Source of the DNA: a virus | Taxonomy: Duplodnaviria > Caudoviricetes | DNA: 25,631 nt | Strand: one strand, 5' to 3' | Virus record (IMG/VR): IMGVR_UViG_3300037461_000119 | Span: 1 to 25,631 of that record | Shown here: positions 17,043 through 23,612 of the stretch, in pieces | Layout of the letters: the number at the start of each line of letters is the position of its first letter | Numbering within the stretch: position 1 is the first letter of the stretch | Translations under genes and position numbers: made by a program | The notes under the pieces: model-generated | What the model was told of the DNA's origin: nothing | The model's database searches: none | What the model saw: the letters and a program-made list of their open reading frames with translations, nothing else

Positions 17043-17121
17043 ACTCCTAGTTGGTTTACTCCAGTGGATCGACACGGACAGGGCGAAGCCCCGGGTAGCA
17101 ATACCCGGGGCTTTTCTCTTT
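17043..17121 (+). ncRNA. Putative trans-acting antisense small RNA (~80 nt)
   Basis: Bounded by a plus-strand promoter and a plus-strand intrinsic terminator inside a minus-strand region, with no plausible ORF of its own. 5' half ACUCCUAGUUGGUUUACUCCAGUGGAUCGA is complementary to several phage RBS leaders. Confidence 0.65.
17086..17121 (+). terminator. Rho-independent terminator, plus-oriented
   Basis: AAGCCCCGGGTA-GCAA-TACCCGGGGCTT followed by TTCTCTTT; GNRA loop and T-tract occur only on the plus strand. Confidence 0.8.
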
Positions 17122-17282
17122 CAGCGCCCCGCCATGCGCTCGGCGTCGTCCTCGGCGCAGTTGGCGAACCACCAGAGCGCCATGCTGCCGAACGCCCAGC
17201 CATCTTCACCGATGATGAAGCAGGCCAGCGTGGCGAGCCCGGCGCAGAACGCGACGGCGTCCCAGAAGTTGCTCTCGCTCAT
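17121..17282 (-). CDS. Small hydrophobic / membrane protein (53 aa)
   Basis: TGATG overlap with the upstream gene, GGAGG RBS; FWDAVAFCAGLATLACFIIG hydrophobic stretch. Confidence 0.6.
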   Translation of the reverse strand: MSESNFWDAVAFCAGLATLACFIIGEDGWAFGSMALWWFANCAEDDAERMAGR

Positions 17283-17839
17283 CACAGGTCCTCCCCGCAG
17301 CACGGGCAGCGTGTCGCAAGCTGGAACCACTGGTTCGACATCCGCCACACCGCGCCGCACGCGGAGCATTCGAGCTTCATATGGCGGTTCTTCTGCTTGC
17401 CCGCGCCGTCGAGCGTGAGCGAGCCGTAGTCGAAGGCGGGCATCGCGGCCAGCGTCTCGTTGATCCACTTGGCAAGCTCGGCGCCCGCGTGCGTCGCGGT
17501 CATCTTGCCTTCGAGCCCGACCGACTTGGCGACGCGCCGGAAAAATCCCTTGTGGCCGCTCTTGCAGTCGTCGGCGGCGTGGATGGCCTCATGCACCAGC
17601 ACGTCGACCAGCGTGAACGGCGTGCGCATCACGGGGTTGAGGAAAATCTCGTTCACGCCCTGCGAGGAGCGCGAGCGCGGCCAGCACTCCCCGATGCGCT
17701 TGCGGGCCGAGCCGCCGCCCGGGAAGCCGACCGAGACCTTGCAGTCGGCCGGGACGGTGGCGCCGTGGGCGGCGAGCAGCGGGGCAACGTGCTTGTGCAG
17801 GACCGTGGTTAGCCACTGCTCGCGGGTCATCTTGGTCAT
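17282..17839 (-). CDS. SprT-like zinc metallopeptidase with C-terminal Zn ribbon (185 aa)
   Basis: VLVHEAIHA (HExxH), GHKGFF, then CSACG...CPCC; ATG 17839 lies 6 nt after GGAG. Confidence 0.8.
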   Translation of the reverse strand: MTKMTREQWLTTVLHKHVAPLLAAHGATVPADCKVSVGFPGGGSARKRIGECWPRSRSSQGVNEIFLNPVMRTPFTLVDVLVHEAIHAADDCKSGHKGFFRRVAKSVGLEGKMTATHAGAELAKWINETLAAMPAFDYGSLTLDGAGKQKNRHMKLECSACGAVWRMSNQWFQLATRCPCCGEDL

Positions 17840-17845
17840 GGTCAT

Positions 17846-17903
17846 CTCCAGTGAGGTTGATCGAACGACAGGCAGTGTACACGCCCTGTTAGGAGATTGC
17901 AAC
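17846..17903 (-). promoter_or_regulatory. Early promoter/leader repeat, copy 3
   Basis: TTGCAA(17902-17897)-17 bp-TACACT(17879-17874), then GTTCGATCAAcctCACTGGAG. Confidence 0.85.
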
Positions 17904-18376
17904 TACCCAACCATGTTCATGCTGCGGACCTCGTAGCCCGCCTTGCGGATGCGGCTTGCGGCCGACGTGCGGTTGTGGGCGCCCACGAGTACCGTGTGCA
18001 TCGCGTTGCCCTGCCCCTCGACCTCGGCCTCGTAAGCGTGCGCCCCCGTGAACGGCAGTTCATTCACTACCGCCACCACTTTGCAGGTACGGGCCAGTCC
18101 GTTGCCCTGCTGGTTCCAGTAGTTGTAGCGCCCCGGGTTGCCACGGTCCTCACTGCCGTCGCGCCAGTGCTTCGGAATCTGGCACTCGTAGCCCGGGTGT
18201 GCGTTGCCGAGGAACTCGCAGTAGTTGACGTGGCAGTCGCCGCCCGGCCCGCTGGCGTCGTGGCTCTGGCTCACCTTGACTTCCCTCACACGGAACAGGC
18301 CGCCGTGGGCGATTATCAGGTCATCGACCTTGAGCGTGTTGGTGGGGACGCTGGCGGTGCGGTAGCGGGTCGTCAT
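17903..18376 (-). CDS. Hypothetical early protein (157 aa)
   Basis: ATG 18376 behind CACTGGAG and repeat copy 2; WNQQGNGLA motif. Confidence 0.75.
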   Translation of the reverse strand: MTTRYRTASVPTNTLKVDDLIIAHGGLFRVREVKVSQSHDASGPGGDCHVNYCEFLGNAHPGYECQIPKHWRDGSEDRGNPGRYNYWNQQGNGLARTCKVVAVVNELPFTGAHAYEAEVEGQGNAMHTVLVGAHNRTSAASRIRKAGYEVRSMNMVG

Positions 18377-18384
18377 CTCGTGTA

Positions 18385-18441
18385 CTCCAGTGAATTGATC
18401 GAACGAGAGGCAGTGTACACGGGCTGTTAGGGGATTGCAAC
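18385..18441 (-). promoter_or_regulatory. Early promoter/leader repeat, copy 2
   Basis: TTGCAA(18440-18435)-17 bp-TACACT(18417-18412), then GTTCGATCAATTCACTGGAG. Confidence 0.85.
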
Positions 18442-18469
18442 CCTTCATCGGCTTAACAGCCCGGTCGCC

Positions 18470-19222
18470 TTACCAGCCGCCCTTAAGGGCGCACTCGGGG
18501 CCGATGCCCCGGGCCACGCTCACCGGGTCGGTCAGGAGCCGCCCGCAGCACCCGCAGCGCCCCGTGCGCTGCCCGTGGTCCTCCAGCGCCCGGGCCGGGT
18601 CAACCTCGATGGCCGCGACCGCGGTAAAGAGGTCGTCGCGGCGCAGGGAGCCCGACTTGACCGTGCGGAACACCCCCTCGGTGCGGTCGATGACCCCGAC
18701 GAGGTCCTGCCCGTCCTTGACCCAGACGAGGTCGGCCGGGTCGTTGCGCAGCGTGAAGCGCAGGGCGCCCACGGTGAGGCGTGCGAAGCGGTCGGGGGCG
18801 ATCAGGGCCGCCAGCCCGGGGACGGGCAAAGTCGGCGTGGCGGGCCTCGCAGGGGCCTTCTCGATGGTCGTCTCGACCACCGGCAGCGGCCCCGGGACCT
18901 CCGGGGGCGCCGTGACGCCCGCCCACTGGCAGAGCTTGGCCGCGTAGTCGGCCTGCTTCTGGCTGGCGTAGGAGCCGTAGCGGTCGAGCTTGGCGGCGAT
19001 GTCGAAACAGGTCTCGGAGTCGCGGGCGGCGAGGGTGTTCACCCGGGTCGCGCAGCGGGCAGCGTACACGCGCCCAGCCTGCATTAGCTCGTCACGGGTC
19101 GGGCCGACGGGGGCGCCCACGCCTTCCCCCTGCACCGGGTTCGGCAGGTTGTACCGCTGCGCGACTTCGCTCATGCGGGCGCGGTTCTCGCGGCGGGCGG
19201 CACGGTTGGCTTCGTAGGTCAT
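18470..19222 (-). CDS. DUF6011-like Zn-finger early protein (250 aa)
   Basis: C-terminal G.RTGRCGCCGRLLTDPVSVARGIGPEC; S.KQ motif; ATG 19222 lies 6 nt after GGAG. Confidence 0.8.
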   Translation of the reverse strand: MTYEANRAARRENRARMSEVAQRYNLPNPVQGEGVGAPVGPTRDELMQAGRVYAARCATRVNTLAARDSETCFDIAAKLDRYGSYASQKQADYAAKLCQWAGVTAPPEVPGPLPVVETTIEKAPARPATPTLPVPGLAALIAPDRFARLTVGALRFTLRNDPADLVWVKDGQDLVGVIDRTEGVFRTVKSGSLRRDDLFTAVAAIEVDPARALEDHGQRTGRCGCCGRLLTDPVSVARGIGPECALKGGW

Positions 19223-19228
19223 GGTCAT

Positions 19229-19285
19229 CTCCAGTGAATTGATCGAACGAGGAGCAGTGTACACGCCCTGTTAGGGGATTGCAAC
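19229..19285 (-). promoter_or_regulatory. Early promoter/leader repeat, copy 1
   Basis: TTGCAA(19284-19279)-17 bp-TACACT(19261-19256), then GTTCGATCAATTCACTGGAG. Confidence 0.85.
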
Positions 19286-19288
19286 TCC

Positions 19289-19474
19289 TCACCAGTCCCG
19301 GGTCGCCCGCCACGCATCGAACTCGGCCTCGGCCAGCAAAACGTCGGCCCACCACTTCGCCCGCGCCTTGCCCCGGCGCTTCTTGGCCGCCTTATGGTGC
19401 GCCACCAGCCGCCGCAGGCCCGCGACCTCGCGCGGCTCGGGCGGCGGGGGCGCGTAGCCCGCGAACAGTTTCAT
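19289..19474 (-). CDS. Small basic hypothetical protein (61 aa, MKLFAGY...ATRDW)
   Basis: ATGA overlap with the upstream gene; ends just before promoter copy 1. Confidence 0.6.
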   Translation of the reverse strand: MKLFAGYAPPPPEPREVAGLRRLVAHHKAAKKRRGKARAKWWADVLLAEAEFDAWRATRDW

Positions 19475-19911
19475 GCCGCCGCCCGCTTGGCCGCCTTGCG
19501 TGCCCGCTGATCGTCGCGGCGGCAGACGCGGCACGAGCGCCCCTTCTTGCCGTGGTAGGTGTTGGCCTCGTTGTACTCGTGCCCGCGCGGGCAGTGCGTC
19601 TTGGCACGCTGGAAGTCGCCCGCGTAACTGTGGCGGCTGCGCACCTGCACCGGGTCGGTGCTGGCCCACGTCTCGGGCAGCTTCGGCTTCGGCCCGGGCT
19701 TCGAGCGATTGTTGAACTTGAAAAAGTTGTTGCCCGAGAAGTCGCCGTGGCACGTCGGGCACCACGGCGAGAAGCCGGTGAGCGTGTAGCCGCTGCGCGG
19801 CCATATCGCTTCATCGAACTTCACGAGGCACTTCGAGCAGTGCGTCGGCGGCGGCTTCACCTGCTGCGACGGCTTGTAGGGCTTCTCTTTACGGTTGTTG
19901 TGTCCAGACAT
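19471..19911 (-). CDS. Basic Cys-rich putative DNA-binding protein (146 aa)
   Basis: ATG 19911 behind ACTGGAG; CSKC...CPTC and KTHCPRGHEYNEANT...CRVC. Confidence 0.7.
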   Translation of the reverse strand: MSGHNNRKEKPYKPSQQVKPPPTHCSKCLVKFDEAIWPRSGYTLTGFSPWCPTCHGDFSGNNFFKFNNRSKPGPKPKLPETWASTDPVQVRSRHSYAGDFQRAKTHCPRGHEYNEANTYHGKKGRSCRVCRRDDQRARKAAKRAAA

Positions 19912-19924
19912 TTTGGTTCTCCAG

Positions 19925-21355
19925 TTACAGACTCGCGCCGCGCTCGGAGAGTCCCGCGAGCAGCGCATCGGTGATGGCCTTCTTGTGATCGAGGGCGTAG
20001 GCAATCGTCATGTCGACGCTGTCGGGCACGAGGACGCGATGCACGAACACCCGCTCCTTTTGCCCCTGACGGTACAGCCGGGCGATGACCTGATCGTAAA
20101 GCTCGCGGCTCCACGTCAGCGAGGCGAAGATCATGTTGCTGCCGCCGCGCTGGAGGTTGAGCCCGTGGCCTGCGCTCGCCGCATGGACGAGCAGCACGCG
20201 AAGCTCGCGGGCGTTCCAGCGGTCGACCGCACGCTCGGCAGCGCCACGCGAGACGCCCGCGCCGAGGTACTCGACCTGACCCGGGTACGCCTTCTCGAAG
20301 CGGGCGAGAAGCTGGTGCAGTTCGGCCTGATACTCGTACACCACGACCGCGGGCTGCCCCTGCAACTCCTCGACGAGTTCCTCGACCGCATCGAGCTTGG
20401 CGCTGTGCAGCGGCGCGAAGCTCGTGCCGTCGGGCGAGTACAGGAAGCCCGCGGTGATCTGCCTGAGCTTGTTCACCACCACGCCACCGTTCGCAGCGTT
20501 GATGGTCACGTCCTCGATCTGGGCGCGGAAGCTGTCCTCCATCTCGCGGTACTTGCGGGCCGCCTCGATGGGCAGCGCCACGCGCACGTCGTTCACCACG
20601 AGCCCGGGCAACTCGACGTAGTCGCGCTCCTCCATGCGGAAGGCAATCTTGGCGATGGCGTCGTAGATGGCCTGCTCGGCGTTCGGCTTCGGCGCCCACT
20701 TCCAGCCGTTCGGATCGAGCGGCACGAAGAACGTGTTGCGGAAGGCGGTGAACGAGCGACCGAGGATGCCCGGGCGCACCAGCGATGCGGGCGCATAGAT
20801 GTCCATGAGGTTGTTCGCCGTCGGCGTGCCGGTGAGCCCGACCACGACCTTGAACAGCGGGCGCACCTTGGCAAGGGCCTTCGCACGCTTGGTCGTGCCG
20901 TCCTTGCACTTCGAGATTTCATCGAGGATGAGACCGTCGAAGCCGAGCGCGGCGAGGTCGAAGTTATCGACCAGCCACTTCACGTTCTCGTAGTTGATGA
21001 CCACGACCTGAGCGTCGGACTTGAGCGCCTTCTCGCGCTGCGCGGCGCTGCCGATGGCGAGCGCGACCTTGACGTGCGCCGTATGCTCCCACGCTGCGAA
21101 CTCCTGCGCCCAGACCATCTGCGCGACGCGCAGCGGGGCGATGACCAGCACGCGCCTAACGGTAGCGTCTCCAAGCAGTTCGGTCGCCGCCGTCGCGCTG
21201 GTGATCGTCTTGCCCGCGCCCATCGGCATGATGGCGAGCGTCTCGTTGTAGCCGTACAGCCGGTCGATGGCGCGATTCTGGTAGGCGTGCAGGATGTCCG
21301 GTGACAGCCGCGACGAGGTCGCGGAAGCCTTGGACGGTGTCGATGACGTAGACAT
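19925..21355 (-). CDS. SNF2-family (SF2) helicase (~476 aa; start uncertain)
   Basis: LHAYQ, MGAGKT, LVIAP, ILDEIS, GLTGTP, SAGHGLNLQ and QVIARLYRQGQ; nearest ATG with an RBS is 21355. Confidence 0.88.
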   Translation of the reverse strand: MSTSSTPSKASATSSRLSPDILHAYQNRAIDRLYGYNETLAIMPMGAGKTITSATAATELLGDATVRRVLVIAPLRVAQMVWAQEFAAWEHTAHVKVALAIGSAAQREKALKSDAQVVVINYENVKWLVDNFDLAALGFDGLILDEISKCKDGTTKRAKALAKVRPLFKVVVGLTGTPTANNLMDIYAPASLVRPGILGRSFTAFRNTFFVPLDPNGWKWAPKPNAEQAIYDAIAKIAFRMEERDYVELPGLVVNDVRVALPIEAARKYREMEDSFRAQIEDVTINAANGGVVVNKLRQITAGFLYSPDGTSFAPLHSAKLDAVEELVEELQGQPAVVVYEYQAELHQLLARFEKAYPGQVEYLGAGVSRGAAERAVDRWNARELRVLLVHAASAGHGLNLQRGGSNMIFASLTWSRELYDQVIARLYRQGQKERVFVHRVLVPDSVDMTIAYALDHKKAITDALLAGLSERGASL

Positions 21356-21587
21356 TGGTTCCAGTTCTCCTGATCGTGTCGTGTACCGTTTCCTGTTGCG
21401 GCGTGGCCTTGCCACCGGGCCGCTTGAACTCGACGACCAGCACGACCCCGCCGGGGAGAAAGAACAGGCGGTCGGGGACTCCCCGGTTCGCCGGGCTGGA
21501 CCACTTGTAGGTCGGCCAGCCGTTCTCTTTGGCGATGTCGCGGCACTTGCCCTCGACTTCGGACTCAAGCATAGCCGGTTTCGTCAT
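21156..21587 (-). CDS. VRR-NUC domain nuclease (putative Holliday-junction resolvase)
   Basis: LESEVE, GVPDRL, VEFKRPGG...QQ: PD-(D/E)xK motif typical of phage VRR-NUC. Confidence 0.88.
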   Translation of the reverse strand: MTKPAMLESEVEGKCRDIAKENGWPTYKWSSPANRGVPDRLFFLPGGVVLVVEFKRPGGKATPQQETVHDTIRRTGTNVYVIDTVQGFRDLVAAVTGHPARLPESRHRPAVRLQRDARHHADGRGQDDHQRDGGDRTAWRRYR

Positions 21588-21590
21588 AGG

Positions 21591-21619
21591 TTGCAACTCT
21601 CTACGCAGGGTGTTAGGGT
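21591..21619 (+). promoter_or_regulatory. Sigma70-type promoter for the rightward replication operon
   Basis: TTGCAA-17 bp-TAGGGT; same -35 as the early promoters. Confidence 0.55.
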
Positions 21620-21650
21620 GGCGGGGTCAATACACACAGGAGACCGGATC

Positions 21651-22805
21651 GTGACCAAACATTCCCATATCGGCGGCTCGGGGGCCAAGCGCATCATCGC
21701 CTGCCCGGGCAGCCTGCGGCTGTACCGTGAACTCGGGGACGAGATTGCCAAGCGCGACGAGGCCAGCGAGTACGCCCGCGAGGGCTCCATGCTGCACTAC
21801 GTCATGGAGCAGGGCTATAACGACGCCTACGCCCTCATCGGCAGCGAGGACCTCGGCGGCTTCGGCGTAGCCTACACCGAGGAACACTACCGGACCAAGG
21901 TTGCCCCGGCGTGGCAGGCGTTCAACGAATACGTCTCGATGCTCGGTGAGCCGCTCGCCTTCGAGCAGGAGGTCCGCGTCCACGGCACGAGCATCCACTC
22001 CGACGCCTTCGGCACCGCCGACCTGATCGGCCGCCACTCGAACGTGCTGACCGTCCTCGACTGGAAGTTCGGGGATGGCGTGATGGTCGACGTGAAGGAC
22101 AACGAGCAGGGCTTGTTCTACGCGGCCTGCGCCCTCGATACACCCGAAGTGCAGGACTTCACGCGCGGTGTGAAGTTCGTCGACATCGTTATAGTCCAGC
22201 CGATGCGCGACAGCGACGAAATCTGGGACTCGCACCGGCTCACCGTCGATGAGGTCCACGAGTTCGCAGACCGGATGCGCCACGCCATCAAGCAGTCGAC
22301 CGTGATCCCGACCCCCTACGCCCTCGGGGATCATTGCCGCTGGTGCAAGGCCAAGCTCGACTGCCCGGCGCAGCGCCGCGGCATCGAGGAGGTCTCGCGC
22401 CGCACCGGCAACGAGGACTTGGGCAAGCTCCTCGTGGCCTGCGAACGCGCCGAGGACTTCATCAAGGAAGTGCGCGAGGAAGCGTTCAGGCGCCTTACCG
22501 CGGGAGAGCGTGTACACGGTTGGAAGCTGGTGCCGAAACGTGCGCAGCGAAAATGGCTTGACGCGGAGGTTGCAATGGCTACACTGCGTCGTGTCTACAA
22601 GCTGAAACCTTCCGAACTTCTCGTCAGCGAATTGGTTAGTCCCGCTCAAGCCGAGAAGCTCGTCAAGGCCAAGCAGAAGGACCCGAAGGACATCGCCGCG
22701 CTCGTGACGGCCGTGTCCAGCGGCAACACGCTGGCCCCAGACAGCGACCCGCGACCCGCAGTGCCCAGCCTTGCGGGCCTCGGCAAGCTGATCGAAGGCC
22801 GGTAA
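21651..22805 (+). CDS. DUF2800 / Cas4-like PD-(D/E)xK exonuclease (384 aa)
   Basis: GTG 21651 after AGGAG; HS.IGGS...R...CPGS, EGSMLH, FGTAD, LDWKFG, N.Q..FYA, HCRWCKAKLDC and GWKLV. Confidence 0.88.
   Translation: MTKHSHIGGSGAKRIIACPGSLRLYRELGDEIAKRDEASEYAREGSMLHYVMEQGYNDAYALIGSEDLGGFGVAYTEEHYRTKVAPAWQAFNEYVSMLGEPLAFEQEVRVHGTSIHSDAFGTADLIGRHSNVLTVLDWKFGDGVMVDVKDNEQGLFYAACALDTPEVQDFTRGVKFVDIVIVQPMRDSDEIWDSHRLTVDEVHEFADRMRHAIKQSTVIPTPYALGDHCRWCKAKLDCPAQRRGIEEVSRRTGNEDLGKLLVACERAEDFIKEVREEAFRRLTAGERVHGWKLVPKRAQRKWLDAEVAMATLRRVYKLKPSELLVSELVSPAQAEKLVKAKQKDPKDIAALVTAVSSGNTLAPDSDPRPAVPSLAGLGKLIEGR
22509..22518. repeat. CGTGTACACG palindrome, site 7 (in the DUF2800 gene)
   Basis: Exact 10-mer. 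Confidence 0.8.
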
Positions 22806-22836
22806 CTCGAAACGCAACTCGATAGGAAAGACGACA

Positions 22837-23520
22837 ATGACCAAGGCTCTCACGCCCTTCAAGGGCATCAATCTCCCCGCCTCGACTGACCTCCTCGGTG
22901 GCCTGCGCACCGTGGTCAACGAGAAGCCCATGCAGAACACGATGCCGCTGCTGCGGCTCGTGGACGGCGAGTGGCTGTTCGGCGCGGAGAACATCGAGGT
23001 CGAGCAGGACAGTGTGTGGGCGGTCCACCCGGGCAGCTTCATGCACGGTTACTGCGCGTGGGATGACGGTTCGCTGGTCGGTGAAGTGATGGTCCCGGTG
23101 TCGCAGCCGCGCCCCTCGCACAACGATCTGCCGCCGGTCCCGGTGCAGTGGCAGGAGCAGATGAGCATTGTGCTGGCCTGCACCAATGGCGAGGACGCTG
23201 GCACGACGGTTCTGTACAAGAACTCGTCGCTCGGCGGCCGCAACGCCATCACGGAGCTTGCCCAGAAGATCATCGCGCAGGCCGAGAAGGACCCCGCGAA
23301 GCTCATGCCGCTCGTCTCGCTCGGCGTCGGCAGCTACAAGCACAAGAAGTACGGCAAGGTCTATACGCCGTCCTTCGACGTGCAGAAGTTCGAGGCGCTC
23401 TCGGCCTCGGAAGTGGCTGACGAGGAGGAACCCGCACAGAAGCCCACCCGCTCGCGCAAGGTTGCCGAGCCGGTGCAGGACGAGGCCCCTGTGCGCACCC
23501 GGCGCCGTCGCACGGCGTAA
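22837..23520 (+). CDS. Putative single-stranded DNA-binding protein (227 aa)
   Basis: Between exonuclease and polymerase; SYKHKKYGKVYTP.F motif and charged flexible tail. Confidence 0.65.
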   Translation: MTKALTPFKGINLPASTDLLGGLRTVVNEKPMQNTMPLLRLVDGEWLFGAENIEVEQDSVWAVHPGSFMHGYCAWDDGSLVGEVMVPVSQPRPSHNDLPPVPVQWQEQMSIVLACTNGEDAGTTVLYKNSSLGGRNAITELAQKIIAQAEKDPAKLMPLVSLGVGSYKHKKYGKVYTPSFDVQKFEALSASEVADEEEPAQKPTRSRKVAEPVQDEAPVRTRRRRTA

Positions 23521-23568
23521 CCCGACCGGAGGGTGAGGCCCCGTTGCAAGGATGCCTCATGCGTGTTT

Positions 23569-23594
23569 GCCGAGCGCACCCGCTTCGGCTTTTT
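23569..23594 (+). terminator. Rho-independent terminator after the SSB-like gene
   Basis: GCCGAGCG-CACC-CGCTTCGGC (one bulge) followed by TTTTT. Confidence 0.6.
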
Positions 23595-23612
23595 CACTCA
23601 CTGGAGAACACC

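Noticed and set aside
17041-17085. The sRNA locus read as a minus-strand leader for a small peptide
   Set aside because: Neither GGAG is followed by a start codon at usable spacing, and the promoter and terminator polarity point to a plus-strand RNA. A vestigial fourth leader copy cannot be fully excluded.
17846-19285. Direct repeats plus a Cas4-like gene as a CRISPR system
   Set aside because: The intervening sequences are whole genes (~480-790 bp), the repeats are promoters, and the DUF2800/Cas4-like nuclease is a normal part of this replication module; no other cas genes are present.
21590-21630. Minus-strand promoter for VRR-NUC/helicase starting at TTGACC (21630)
   Set aside because: No acceptable -10 at 16-18 bp spacing.
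23544-23572. TTGCAA at 23544 as a fourth early promoter
   Set aside because: The hexamer after a 17-bp spacer is TTGCCG, not a -10, and a terminator follows directly.
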